DNA of 64,000 bases from Azolla caroliniana (GCA_043228905.1 JBHGNT010000006.1:6820001-6884000), one strand, 5' to 3'; shown: positions 11,425 to 25,045, numbered from the stretch's first letter. The notes: generated by a model not told the origin, from the sequence alone. Numbers and translations: made by a program.

Positions 11425-11776
11425 GGGAAAAGTACCAGGATACCCCTGGAAGTTCTTCTATTTACCAAAATGTCCCTAGAAGTTCCAAATTTACCAAACT
11501 ATCCCTATGTCCAAAAAATTATACTTTATAAAGTAATTATACGCTCAAATCTTTGGTAAATAGGGCTAATTCGGGTCCATTTCTTCCATCTTTGGTAAAT
11601 AGGGCTAATTCGGGTCCATTTCTTCCATCTTTGGTAAATAGGGCTTGTAGATTTGAGTGTATAATTACTTTATAAAGTGTAATTCTTTGGACATAGGGCT
11701 AGTTTGGTAAATTTGGAACTTCCAGGGGTATTCTGGTAAATAGACGAACTTCCAAGTGTATTCTAGTACTTTTCCC
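11425..11776. mobile_element. MITE, Mutator-like, inserted in LTR-B
   Basis: About 125-bp TIRs (GGGAAAAGTAC...GTACTTTTCCC) and an 8-9 bp TSD TATATTTT(G/A). It is absent from the other LTR-B copies and has a central 39-bp tandem repeat. Confidence 0.85.
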
Positions 11777-11882
11777 TATATTTTATGTCGTTGTATCGTG
11801 ACATTATCCTCCCCTTTACAACCGCTTTTTCGAAAGCGTGATGTAGGGGTGAGCGGAGACTGGAACACCAAGTTAAGGGCGT

Positions 11883-12285
11883 GAGCAACGATGTGTGGTC
11901 TTCACCGGGAATTGGAACACTAATGGATGTGAACGACCATGTGCGGTCCTCCCTGAGAACTGGAACACCAACAGACTTGAGCGACCATGTACGGTCCTCA
12001 CTAGGAACTAGAACACCAATGGGCATGAGCGACCATGTGTAGTCCTCACCGGAGACACAAACACCAACGGGCATGAGCGACCATGTGCAGTCCTCACCGG
12101 AGACACAAACACCAACGGACGAGAACAACCATGTGTAACGGTCCTCACCAGAAACTAGAACACCAACGGATGTGAACGACCATGTGCGGTCCTTACCAGA
12201 GACACGGACACCAACAAACGTGAGCGACCATGTAAGGTCCTCACCCAGTATTGGAACACCAATGGGCGTGAGCGACCATGCACGG
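11883..12285. repeat. 48-bp tandem repeat array (element B internal, left part)
   Basis: Unit approximately GAGCGACCATGTGCGGTCCTCACCGGAGACACGAACACCAACGGACGT, about 8 copies. Confidence 0.9.
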
Positions 12286-14069
12286 TGTCGCGAAGTTGCG
12301 CGCACGTGTGTTACTTGGGCGGGACAACGGGGGTCTTGGACTAGGGAGTACTCAAGGGATAGAGAAGACCCGAGGTTTTCTTTACGACAATACTCTTCCC
12401 GACCCCTTCCCGAGCAAGGTCTTGTTGCCCTTTGTTTTGTGAGGTTGGTGGTTCTCGTTGATCACGACTCGTCGACCTTCTGAGATCACCACACGAGCCA
12501 AGTGACCAAACGGGTACAAGCAAGATGAGCACGCAACATGAATGCACAAGGGGACGATAACACAAACGCGAATGTCCGTACGTCTTTATGAGGAGGAGAG
12601 GTGCATGGGCACGCCCGAACGCTACCTCGTCACAAGACGTTGAACGTACGAGGAAGACACAAAACACATGCACAAAATGCTCGTACGCCTTTATGAGGAG
12701 CAGAGGTGCATGGGCAAGCCCGAACGGTCCCCTCATCACAAGACAACCGAACGTACAAGGAAGACACAAACACACACACAAATGCTCGTACGCCTTTATG
12801 AGGAGGAGAGGTGCATGGGCAAGCCCGAACGGTCCCCTCATCACAAGACGGACGAACGTACAAGAAAGACCCAAACACACGCACAAAATGCTCGTATGCC
12901 TTTATGAGGAGGAGAGGTGCATGGGCAAGCCCGAACGGTCCCCTCGTCACAAGACGGCGGAACGTACAAGGAAGACACAAACACACACACAAATGCTCGT
13001 ACGCCTTTATGAGGAGGAGAGGTGCATGGGCAAGCCCGAACGGTCCCCTCGTCACAAGACGGACGAACGTACAAGAAAGACCCAAACACACGCACAAAAT
13101 GCTCGTTCGCCTTTATGAGGAGGAGAGGTGCATGGGCAAGCCCGAACGGTCCCCTCGTCTCAAGAAGACCGAACGTACAAGGAAGACACGAATAAAGAAA
13201 GAAGGAGAGAAAGAAACGTGAATGATATCAACCAAAGAGATAAATACATGTTCGATTCTAATGCAAGAGGAACCTTTATAAAACAGGGTTTTGTTTACAA
13301 TGGCAACTTATAGTTAACCACAAGCTCAATCAAAACATAAATATTAAATGCCCTTAGAGACAAAAGCAAATCCTAACACGGCGAAGATGAACACACGAGC
13401 ACCACCAAAATGCCAATCCCAACGAACCACGACCACCCGAACGGCGAGCACACGGGCTCGCAACAACGAACGGGGCAGAGCAACGTCGAACCAACGAAGC
13501 TTGGGCTCACGAGCACTTCGAGTGCTGACGCGAAGAAGACGAGCACGTGGTGATGGGGGATGAAGGGGTATGAGATGAAGAGAAGTGGTGAATAAGGAGA
13601 TGAAGAGCTTCGAAGGAAAATTGACGATAGTCTCCTCCTCCCCAAATGTCCTCCCAAATTAGCCCCCCTCGACCTCCTTTTATAGGAAAAAAAGAAGGGG
13701 GGGTCGCCAAATTTGTCTTCAATGAAAAAGGAATAAAATTCCTTAAATCACGTTGCACTGTAAGTCCAAATTTGAACCATACACCTCTAGCTAGTAGTCA
13801 ATGTGACTATCCACTAGCCCACTAACTCTCTTTTATATAATATATAATTCTATCTCTATAAATTTATAGCCTGTCTCCACTCTACCTTTTATCTCTCCTC
13901 TCTCTTACTTTTTGCATGAGCTTCTGTACCTCCTTTTCACCCTTTCTTTTCCTTTTTATTTTGCATATGCACAATTAATCGCTTTTGTGTGCACACACAT
14001 TGCACATGCACATTTTTGACCCCCCCTTTCGCTGGTTTTTCCCACCCTCGAGCACGCCACATCATGACA
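12286..14069 (-). repeat. 3' LTR of element C
   Basis: TGTC...GACA termini. Bases 13518-14069 are repeated at 24093-24649. Confidence 0.85.
12570..13190. repeat. 105/106-bp tandem repeat inside LTR-C
   Basis: The GTACGCCTTTATGAGGAG anchor (with minor variants) recurs at 12578, 12683, 12788, 12894, 12999 and 13105. Confidence 0.9.
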
Positions 14070-17000
14070 TCTACCCCCACCAAACCGCACATCCTCCGGT
14101 ATGTGCCAAGAATGGCGGGCTGAGGGTGGTCAATAGTTCATTTCCTCCTCCTCATTGACCTCGTGGCTTGTTGTTTGCTTGCCTTTATCTTCGTCAAGGT
14201 CATCGAGGTTTGGCTCCTTGTCGTGTCGTTTTTTGAAGATTTTGACCCACTTCCCGACCATTGGTACTGCGAGCTTAGTCCCATCGAGTTCAGCGAGGTG
14301 GTAGGTAGCATTATCGTTTGCACTCGTTACCACGTACGGCCCAAACCATCGCTTTGCAAATTTCCGCACTGACCTATGTTGATTGTGGAGACTACTATCA
14401 TATACAATCACCCAGTCTCCTTCGATCTTCCGAGGGCGCAGTCGGTGTGTCTTGTCAAATCGGGCTTTGTTACTTAGCCTAGCCACTTCTAACCTCTCCT
14501 TTGCCAACTCCAAGTCTTTGGGTCTTCTCTCAAGTTGCCTTATCCTTGTGGCTAGAAGCTCTTCTCGACTCATCTCGTTTTCCCACGGCATCGCTACCCA
14601 TGAAGCGATCGTGTCTTCAATGGGCATCACCGGCTTTTGTCTGTACATGAGTTCAGCTGGCATGAAACCTGTAACTGAGCTATGAGTTGTTTTGTCGGCC
14701 CCCAAGGCATAAGGTAATAACTGAGGCCAATTCCCGACTCGCCCATCACAAGCTCGTTGTTGTCCGCCGGAATAGTAACCGACGGACAAAAGCGTAGGAA
14801 TAAGAAATGATATAAGAGCATAACGCATGTAACGGTTCACGCAGGAAGCGTGAACGGCTAATTAGACCCTGCATATATAAAGGGCAGAAAACCTCTTATG
14901 GGGGTGCGTGTAATTTTGGGAATGTAAAGAACACCTAATAATAGAATTCTATCTTCTCTGATTTTTTGTATATAGCCGCGGCTAATTCAGTGTCGGTGTC
15001 TCAGATACTTAAGCGTGGTAGTACGTAAGTGTAACCTTTGATAGGGATTCGGTTGTAGCCGTCTTCCCTTATACGCGGAGAGGTTATAGGGGTTCTCCCC
15101 TTACGCATTACGCTTAAACCCCTGTTCGTTGTTCCACACCCACTTTGAGGTCTAGGTCGAAGGACAGACCACGGACCGTGTTCCTAAACGGCAACACTTT
15201 TGGCACGCTTGGTGATCTGTGTTTCCTCATAGACGAGCAACAACGAATGGATGTTTAGCCGCAGACGACCTAGAGAACCAACACGACAAGACCGGCCAAT
15301 AACAAGGTCCGTCACATGCCAGGCAGAAGAACGGCCACGACAAAAGCCGCGCATCAGCGACCTCAGTACTACTTGCCGTGAGTGCAAAGGGGATTCTTCG
15401 CTCCCCAAATACCTCGACGAGACGCGGGGACCACGCTCACCACAACCACCCTGTGACCTTTCCCGATCCGCCGAAGCTCCCACTATGGCCTTTGCCTACC
15501 CCCGCTTTAACGGCGAAATCGACGCCACAACTCATATTCGCATGTTCCTGAATGTCTGGAATGCGAACCACATGGTGCAGAATCTCTCCGAGACGGTGGC
15601 ACACCAGTCGAAAATGACGGAGTTCGGATTAACATTAGATGGGCGTGCGACGTTCAGGCATTCACAGATGGACTTACCAGCCATAATATTCGATCAGTTG
15701 CAGTCCGCTTTCTTGTGATTCTTCCATCGGAGGGTTCCAGAACGCGAAATTCTCGGGCAGTTTTATACAATTAAGCAACTACCGACCGAGACGATAACGG
15801 ACTTTAGCTTACGTTTCCAAAATTTACGATGAAAACTGGAACGAAGCCCTGCAGAGGAGAAGGCTCGGGAGACATTTTTGGCAGCTTTATGCCGGCCCAT
15901 CCGGGCAACGCTCAACAACAATAGCGTGAAACGGGAAACGGCGGATATGGTAATTGAACGAGCGTTACAGCTCGAGTTGGATGACGAGGAGGAAAGGTTT
16001 CGATATCATCCTTACGACAAGTGTTACCTCAGGATGAGGAACGCCAATTTCGTCAAGAAATCCAGTGCACGATTTGCTTGAACTCGGGGTATTCCATGGT
16101 GGAGTGCAATATGCGAATCCACTGCCCAATCTGCCACTCGAAGGTTCACACAGTCGACTAATGCGAGTATAATATGTTAAACAGAGCCACTCCCGCGGTC
16201 CGCAACATGGACACACAACGTCAACCGCACTTGGTTGAACAAAGGAGGCAAGAAGACCGACCCCGGTATAAGGATCGCAACCCGCGGGAGGACCGGTACA
16301 ACCGGAATCGCCGGAATCACAACGAGTCCGAGGAGGACGACCTAGAGGACGAGGATTATTGTGGACATCCGAGTTATGCCAAAGGGGGTCGACGTTACGA
16401 ACATCAACGCTCGAGAAACAAATGGGGCGGCTTCAATGGCTATCGGGGTAAGCCTCGGCAATATCGGGATCACCGGCGTTACGACGAAAGCTCGGGGGAT
16501 GAGCAGCACCAGGAACAACGATGGGACCAACAACAGCCACCGCGTACGTTCTAACAAACGAGGCCGGACCGCGAAGAGCAAGTAGCACCCGGAGAGCGGC
16601 ACACACCACCTAGGGCCGAGAAGGGAGAATCAAGCATCCATTGTTTTATTTGTCAGCAACCCGGACATTATGCCACGCAATGCCCAGCACGCAAGGGAAA
16701 GGGGCCCGCCGTCAATACGATTACGGCGGAGGTGCAACAAGTCACGACACGCCAGCAAACAAAAACGGTGAATTGGGCTGCGCAGGACGAGGTACGACGA
16801 CAAGCCCAAGCCTGGGTGGAAAAAGCAAACGCGACCAATACGGAATGTATGCGGCAGGAGTCCGCGAACACAATGGAGCGAACAGAGAACGAATGATCGG
16901 GGCCGGACCCCGTTTGGCAGGTGTTAGCAGGCTGTGAAATCACGTTAACCATGGAAAAACTGCTAGAGCTAGTTCCACGTTTCCGCCAAACCATGGAAGC

Positions 17001-17757
17001 ACAGGTGGCGGGCATACCCGGGGCGAGCATTGCCACAAACCTGACAAACGTTAGCGATGGACCACCGGTGGTGGATCAACACAACTCGGCTATTACAGTA
17101 ATATTGCACGGACAGTAAGTTCCTAGATGCGTAATCGACGACGGCTCAGGCGTCAATGTAATTAGCGCGAAAACTTGCAAACAGTTAGGCATTTCCGAAT
17201 GGGAGGTGTGTCCATTCTAGCTTCGCATGGCAGATACCCGCTCAGTGCGACCGTTCGGGTTAATTCGCAAAATAGGCATCATCGTGGGCGGACATCGCTT
17301 CGACATATCGGCGGTCGTCCTCGCTTTGGACGCCCCAGGAGCGTACCCAGTGCTTCTGGGCAGACCATGGCTTCGGACAACAAATATCAAGCAGAGCTGG
17401 CAACACGAGTGTATCAGTTTCCGGCATGGACGCACCAAGGTTCGCGTACCTACGGAAGGCAACACGCCACAACCTAAGGGTATAACACCATTATACGCGG
17501 AGGACATAAATATGCTGGCTGGGGTGGAGGATGCCGAATTGGAAGCGTACCTTGATGAACATCCTCGGATTATTCCGCTGTTCGAAATAGATGTCATCGC
17601 AACTGCGGCAGAATATACTACGGCCACTGTTCTGCACGACGAGCCGTACAAACCAAACCCAGAGTCCATATTGGAACTTAGCAGAGCACGGGCGGCATTC
17701 GAAAGGGAAATGGAGATTTCATGACGAGTCACCGCTTCCGCTCTCGAAGAAGTAAAT

Positions 17758-19950
17758 GTGGGTACGGAATTGGAGCCCTGGTTCCTCTCCATCGCAAAGG
17801 AATTAAGGCCGAACCAGAGAATCACAATGATCGCACTACTCACGGAATATAAAGATGTGTTCGCTTGGGCTCACGAGGACATGAAGGGGTTAGATCCCAA
17901 GTTCTATCAGCATAAGATCAATTTAGCAACTGATGCAAAACCTGTCCAACCGCGCCGCTACCGCATGAACCCCAATCAGACGACCCGCGTGAAAGAAGAA
18001 ATTGACAACCTCCTGAGGGCGGGTTTCATACGGCCAGTTAAACAAGCGACATGGCTAAGCCCGATAGTGGTTGTCCCAAAGAAAAACGGCAAAATACAGG
18101 TATGCATAGATTACCGAAAATTAAACGTCGTAACCATTATGGACGCATTTCCCTTACCCTTCACCGATAGCGTGCTGGACGCCGTCGTAGGCCATGAGAT
18201 GTACAGTTTCTTAGATGGCTTGAGTGGCTATAACCAAGTACGCATGCACCCCGAGGACCAGGAGAAGACGGCGTTTGTCACGGACTGGGGAGTATATGTG
18301 GCGGTCGTCATGATGTTTGGGCTAAAGACAGCGTCGGCAACATTTCAACGAACGATTACGGAGATCTTTGGGGAATACATTCTGGCGTTCATGCAAGTCT
18401 TTGTAGACGATTTTGCGGTATATGGGCAAACAAAAGACCATTTTACGCACTTACGTCTGTGCTTGGAACGTTGCCGCACCGCACGCTTAAGCCTGAATCC
18501 CGCGAAATGTGCCTTCGGCGTGACCAGCGGGACTCTCCTAGGCCACATAGTCAGCAAAGAGGGAATAACGGTCAACCCAAACAAGATCTCTGCGATTACG
18601 CAAGCTAAAACTCCGACAAACGCCAAATCACTTAGCCGATTTTTGGGACAAATACGGTGGCATAGTCGGATGATACGGTATTTGGCGAACTTCGCCACGC
18701 CACTACACATTGCCGTACATCGGACTCCTTTCCAATGGACTGCAACAGATGATAAGGCCTATGAGGCACTTAAGATAATGCTCACACAGGCCCCCGTCGT
18801 ACAACCTCTAGTTTGGGCGAAGCCATTCCACGTGTTCGTCGACGCCTCGGACATAGCAATAGGAAGCGCGCTAATGTAGCTCATCGAACCAAACTGGTAC
18901 AGGCCAGTATACTACGCAAGTCGTAAATTGTCAGCAGCAGATCGTAACTATTCCACAATAGAGCGGGAGGCGCTAGGGATGATCTATAGCATCAATAAAT
19001 TCCGACACTATTTATTAGGACGGAAATTCACGTTCCACGTGGATCATTCGGCATTATTGTATTTGGTGGAGAAACAAGCCCTGACAGGGAAATTGGCGCG
19101 GTGGATGTTGCTACTCCAGGAATTCGAGTTCGTAATTCAGCACCAACCAGGGACGCAACACGTAGTGGCGGATTTTTTGAGCAGACTTGAGAATGGAGAA
19201 CCAGTACAGAAAGACGATGACGATTTTCCGGACGCCGACATCTGGCGAGTAGCGGCACTTGCAGAAAAAACGAAATCCACCTTTCCGGACCGATGGCTTA
19301 TGGAAATGACATACTTTTTAACTACAGGACTACCTCCACCACAATTACGCACGGAGGAGAAGAAACGACTAGCCGTCCGAAGCCGTCACTTCTGCCTCGT
19401 CGAAGGAATTTTATATCACAAAGGAAGTGATGGCATTTGGCGACGTGGAGTCCGTCAGGATGAGAAGGAAGTAGTTTTACGGGAGGCACACTGCGGCACA
19501 GCCGGCGGCCATTATGCGGGTGACGTGACAGCCCGCAAAGTATGGTAGGCGGGCTTATGGTGGCCAACAACGCAGAAGGACGCATCCGAGTATTGTAGAA
19601 AGTGTGATTTGTGCCAGCGGATGGGTCAACCCGCGGAAGACGCAAGGATGCCACACCAGCCCGTATTACCGCTAGACCCCTTCCAAAAGTGGGGATTGGA
19701 TTTTGTAGGGCCCTTCACACCAGAGTGCATTATGGGCGTCAATGAAAAATAGAACGGACTGGGATACCAAACTCCAGAGTGCATTATGGGCATACAGAAC
19801 TAGTTACAAAACAAGCATACAGTCAACACCATTCCGACTAGCGTTTGGACTAGAGGCTTGATGCCGGTTGAATTTTGGGTACCTAGTTTGCGCATTCAGG
19901 TACGGAACCGATTATCAGAAGCCAAGTCGGAGAAGATAGCGACTATTAAA
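17758..19950 (+). pseudogene. RT-RNase H-integrase of element D
   Basis: CIDYRKLN, LDGLSGYNQ, FGLKTASATFQR, FVDD, FVDASDIAIG, DHSALLYL and integrase HHCC (EAHCGTAGGH). It has in-frame stops and a deletion in the integrase core. Confidence 0.9.
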
Positions 19951-20000
19951 ACGACTAAAGGCATGCACAAACTCTTAGTTCAAGAACACGGGGCACCACG

Positions 20001-20711
20001 ATGGCTCACCGCCCAATGAACCCTAAGCCACAAAAAGAAGGAAACAGAAGATTTTCTGCACAAAGCAGAAACCCATCTTCTAGCTATCAGCGCTCCCATC
20101 GCTCGTCCTCCTCACCTTCTTCCCCATCCTATCTCAGAGCTCCACCAACCCACCACAACCTCCCGTCTCCTCCCCAGGAACCTACTCTGGCGATGCCGAT
20201 TTTCATCTCTACTGCCCTACGCCGATGGCTCGTAGAGAAACGCCTGGATGGCTACATCCGGGTCGCAGAAGCACCTCCGCACCCGGACGCCATGAACATC
20301 GCCAGGAAGCTTAACATAGACACGGTCACCAACTCTTCCATTCGGAAGAAGTTGGACCTATCCTCAATAGGCGAAAGACATTTCGAAATACCTCCTGTAG
20401 AGGCGCCGCAGCGGTATTTTGGACCATATTCATCCTCCGCCAAGGCCTATAGAACAAAACAGATTCCAGATCCCTTCTTCCGTGAAGTTGCCAAGTTCCT
20501 CCTGGAAGTCGGCTGCGTCCATGTCAACGCATACGGGATGCCTAAGCAGAAGGTGGGCATCATTATCGACACCTTTGAAGGGCGTGCAGTCGACTGGGGG
20601 GTCATCACAAGGCCAGTGTTAAGGGAAGGCTTGCATGCGTACCAAGCAAGCAAAAAGCTCAGGCCAATCATCCAACAATACCTTACGGTACTATTTCCAC
20701 CCCGAGGCCTG
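20001..20711 (+). pseudogene. Extra 3' ORF of element D (truncated)
   Basis: Same position and motifs as the extra ORF of element 1. The last ~40 codons of the listed ORF run into antisense element C sequence. Confidence 0.6.
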
Positions 20712-23700
20712 CTTCCCAGCTATTGGTACTGCGAGCTTAGTCCCATCGAGTTCAGCGAGGTGGTAGGTAGCATTATCGTTTGCACTCGTTACCATGTACG
20801 GCCCAAACCATCACTTTGCAAATTTCCGCATTGACCTATGTTGATTGTTGAGACTACTATCATATACAATCACCCAGTCTCCTTCGATCTTCCGAGGGCG
20901 CAGTCGGTGTGTCTTGTCAAATCGGGCTTTGTTACTTAGCCTAGCCGCTTCTAACCTCTCCTTTGCCAACTCCAAGTCTTCGGGTCTTCTCTCAAGTTGC
21001 CTTATCCTTGTGGCTAGAAGCTCTTCTCGACTCATCTCGTTTTCCCACGGCATCGCTACCCATGAAGCGATCGTGTCTTCAATGGGCATCACCGGCTTTT
21101 GTCCGTACATGAGTTCAGCTAGCATGAAACCTGTAACTGAGCTATGAGTTGTTTTGTCGGCCCCCAAGGCATAAGGTAATAACTGAGGCCAATTCCCGAC
21201 TTGCCCATCACAAGCTCGTACAATGGCTTTTACGATAGGCCCGTGTCCGCATTCTATCTTTCCATTAGCCTCCGAGTTATAAGCGGTCGTGAGAGAGAGC
21301 TTCACTCCAAGTCGTTCAAAGAGCTCTGTGGCTTCGTGAGCGTTCAGCTCTCCTCTGTCGGCCACTATCTTTCCCACACATCCGTACCGACAGATGACAT
21401 CCTCGAGTAAGAATTTACACACCCCCGCCGTCGTTTTGGTTGTTAAGGCTCACCCTTCTACTTGGTTTGTTAGGTCTTCTCTTGCTAGCACCAAATATTT
21501 CATTTGGCCCACTCCCATCGGCATCGAAACCAAATCCACCATCCATTTGAAGTGTATGGTGAGTGGGTAGGTCGGGTGCAACTCGTCCCTATGGCGTATG
21601 TTGGAGTGTATCTGGCAGCTTTCACACATCCCCACGAAATGGGCGACATCCTTGTACATTCCCGGCCACCAATACTTCTCCTTTAACTTCTCGAATGTTG
21701 CCCACGTTCCTCTATGGCCCGCCCAAGGACTCTCGTGGAATTCAGACACCAATGTTGTCTGGTTCTCTTCCTTTATGACCACTCGTTGTGGCGTCCCTGT
21801 CCTTCTCTTCGGGTGCCTCCAGAGGAATCCCCCTCGTAGGAAGTACTTGTACGCTTTCTTTCGGACTCTCTGTGCTTCCTCCTTCGACCATGAACTATCC
21901 ACCGTCATTGAGCTTAAGAACTTGCCAATGTGTAGCCACTCCCCTTCGTATTCACTTTCGTTGAAGGCGTGGAGCACTTGCACATCTCGATCATCTATAG
22001 ACGCTTGGGCAGTCTTAAAGAAGTCAAGAGCGACATCCTCATCTTCAGACATCATGTCGCTTTGGCCCTCGAACCTTGCCCTCGATAGCATATCTGCCAT
22101 GGCATTGTTCTTCCCTGAAATGTGGTGAATCTCCAGGTTCATTGATTTGATGTAAGCAATCCATCTTAGCATAGTTAGGTCGGGTGTTGCACACCCCGAA
22201 ACCATCCCTAGGATAGGAAGGCAATCCGTCTCTATTACCACCTCTGACCCGATTAGGTAATCTTTATCCGCCTTCACTGCGGACACAATACCCCAAAGCC
22301 CACATTTTAATTGGGCGTATTGTTGTTGTCGCTCGCTTAAGACCTTGGCTCCGAACCAGATGGCATAGCGTGTACCATCCTCTTCTTCTTGGTTGATGAC
22401 CCATCCGATCCCTGTTGGACTCGTACCGTCACCTAGATGGGCACCCCTTCCTTGTATACGGCTTTTCGTAAAGCTGCTGCCGCTACCAACATTCCTTTGA
22501 GCCTCTTCATTGCCTCTGTGTGCTCTTCCTCCCACTTGAACTTCCGCCCCTTCTTGAGTAGCCCATACAAGGGCTCGGCTATGTGAGCATAGTGCGGGAT
22601 CCAGATGTGGTAGAATGCACAAGCACCAAGAAATCGCCTCAGCTCTGTTTGTGATTTACATTCTTCCCTCATGTCTGTGATGGCGTCCACCTTTGTCGGG
22701 GATGGCTTCCGTCCGTACGCCCCGCACAAGTGTCCCACCACAAGGATCTCCGGTTGGCCGAATGCCGATTTCTCGCCCGAGAAGGTCAAGCGTGCATCTT
22801 CGAGTCTTTGTAGAACCTTCTCGCAATTGGAGATGTGATATGCCACAAAACGTCTACACCCATTCTCGTCCAAGGTTTCATCTTTCTCCGCTTCAGAGCA
22901 CCCTTTTATGGGGATGTCATCGAGGAATGGCATGGTGATGTCGGGGATGCAATCTCTCAATACCTTGTTCATTGCCTTTACCATGTGGGCTACAGAGTTA
23001 GTGCCTCCTTGTGGCAAGGTACACATCGCACTAGGTCGATAGGAGTCCGCATCGTTGTGATGTCCCTACTCTCCACATCTAGTTGGAATTGATCATACCC
23101 CGAGTATAGATCACCGATCGAATAAATAGACCTTCCAGCGAAGGCCTCGACGAATTCGTCAACGCTCGGTCCGACCCCAGCATTTCAAATTGTCACTTGA
23201 TTAACAGGTTGTAGGTCTTGGATGAAGCGTAATGTGCCGTTCTTCTTTGGCACAGTGAACCACTGATTCGAGTATGGGGCGCTTGATGGGTTGAGGATAC
23301 CCATCTCAATCTTTTCCTTGAGTAGCTCAATCAACTTCGGGATGTGAGCTCTCGGAACGGGGATTGGCTTGATGTTCCACGGTACATGCGGCACCGTAAA
23401 GATCACCATTGGCTCCACGATCTTATGGTTTACACACCCTATCTCACCCGACGAGAAGGCGAAAGCCCTTTCGTGCCTTTCGATCATCCTTCTAAATCTT
23501 TCCTCCTCCCTAGGCAATAGGAAGCCACCCCCACCAATCCGGAGCTTTTATCGCGTCTCGTCGGTGAACTGGTGCCCTATGCCTCGTGGGTCCCACAAGC
23601 TAAGATCAACCGCTACCCCCTTTATCCAATCCCAACTATCGTTAGGCAATGGGGCAGCCACTGGCTTCACCTTCTTGTCCACGGTCTTGTACTTTGTTTG

Positions 23701-24649
23701 CACCTTGACTTTCCTCGCTTCCTCAATCAACCGCCCAAGCTCTTCGATGGCGGTGTACATGTCAACTGAGTTGACTGGAATTACCTTGTTGTCTTCATTG
23801 AGGCCCGAAACGACTACCCTCTCCATCTCTCTGAGAGTGTCTTCGAATGAGACCGCCTCCATGGCGCCACCTATGGTGTCATCTTCCCCCAATAAATTAC
23901 ATTGTTTGAGATACCTTTCGTATCTCTTGGCCCTAGACTTATCTCTATCACTTAAACTAGTAATTTTACAAGCTCCATTTTCGGAGAACCAAAATTGTTT
24001 CCTATTACATTTAATAGTTTTACAAGGGTTTCGGGTCTTAGTTTGCCTCGGGCTATTGCGGCCCCACTCTTTAATAGCCCAAATAAAAAATCCTCGAGTG
24101 CCGACGCGAAGAAGACGAGCACGTGGTGATGGGGGGATGAAGGGGTATGAGATGAAGAGAAGTGGTGAATAAGGAGATGAAGAGCTTCGACGGAAAATTG
24201 GCGATAGTCTCCTCCTCCCAAAACGTCCTCCCGAATGAGCCCCCCTCGACCTCCTTTTATAGGAAAAAAAGAAGGGGGGGTCGCCAAATTTGTCTTCAAT
24301 GAAAAAGGAATAAAATTCCTTAAATCACATTGCACTGTAAGTCCAAATTCGAACCATACACCTTTAGCTAATAGTCAATGTGACTATCCACTAGCCCACT
24401 AACTCTCTTTTATATAATATATATATAATTCTATCTCTATAAATTTATAGCCTGTCTCCACTCTACCTTTTATCTCTCCTCTCTCTTACTTTTTTCATGA
24501 GCTTCTGTACCTCCTTTTCACCCTTTCTTTTCCTTTTTATTTTGCATATGCACAATTAATCGCTTTTGTGTGCACACACATTGCACATGCACATTTTTGA
24601 CCCCCCTTTCGCCGGTTTTTCCCACCCTCGAGCACGCCACATCACGACA

Positions 24650-25045
24650 ACGGTCCTCACCAGAGAAACGAACGCCAACAGACGTGAGCGACCATGTACG
24701 GTCCTCACCGAGACCTGGAACACCAACGGATGTGAGCGACCATGTTGGGTCCTCATCGGACACACGAACACCAACGGGCGTGAGAGACCATGTACAGTCC
24801 TCACCAGAGACACGAACACCAATGGACATGAGCGACCCTGTACGGTCCTCATCGGAGACACGAACACCAACGGATGTAAACAACCATATACGGTCGTCAT
24901 CAAGAACTGGAACACCAACGGGTGTGAGCGACCCTGTGCGGTCCTCACGAGAGACACGAACACCAACTAGCGTGAGCGACCATGTGAGGTCCTCACCGGG
25001 AACATGAACACCAAAGGGCGTGAGCGACCATGTGCGGTCCTCACT
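24650..25045. repeat. 48-bp tandem repeat array (element B internal, right part)
   Basis: Same unit as 11883-12285 and resumes in phase after the ACGG duplication. Confidence 0.9.

Larger units (their letters stand above)
14758..20711 (+). mobile_element. Ty3/Gypsy element D (Athila/Tat-related), 3'-truncated, nested in C
   Basis: LTR 14758-15196 (TGTTG...CAACA), PBS TGGCACGC at 15201, gag 15251-16900 with stops, protease DDGSGVNVI, RT, RNase H, integrase and an extra ORF. No 3' LTR. Confidence 0.9.
12286..24649 (-). mobile_element. Ty3/Gypsy element C (deep-branching non-chromovirus lineage, Phygy/Ylt1-like tentative), gag deleted
   Basis: 3' LTR 12286-14069, PPT 14070-14080, pol remnants 14130-14757 and 20712-23892 (FIQDLQPVN, TLPQGGTNS, FLDDIPIKG, GHRGTWAT), truncated 5' LTR ~24093-24649, TSD ACGG. 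Confidence 0.85.

Noticed and set aside
11883-12285. Regularly spaced repeats resembling a CRISPR array (also 24650-25045 and 12570-13190)
   Set aside because: Whole units repeat with no unique spacers, there are no cas genes, and the context is eukaryotic retroelement.
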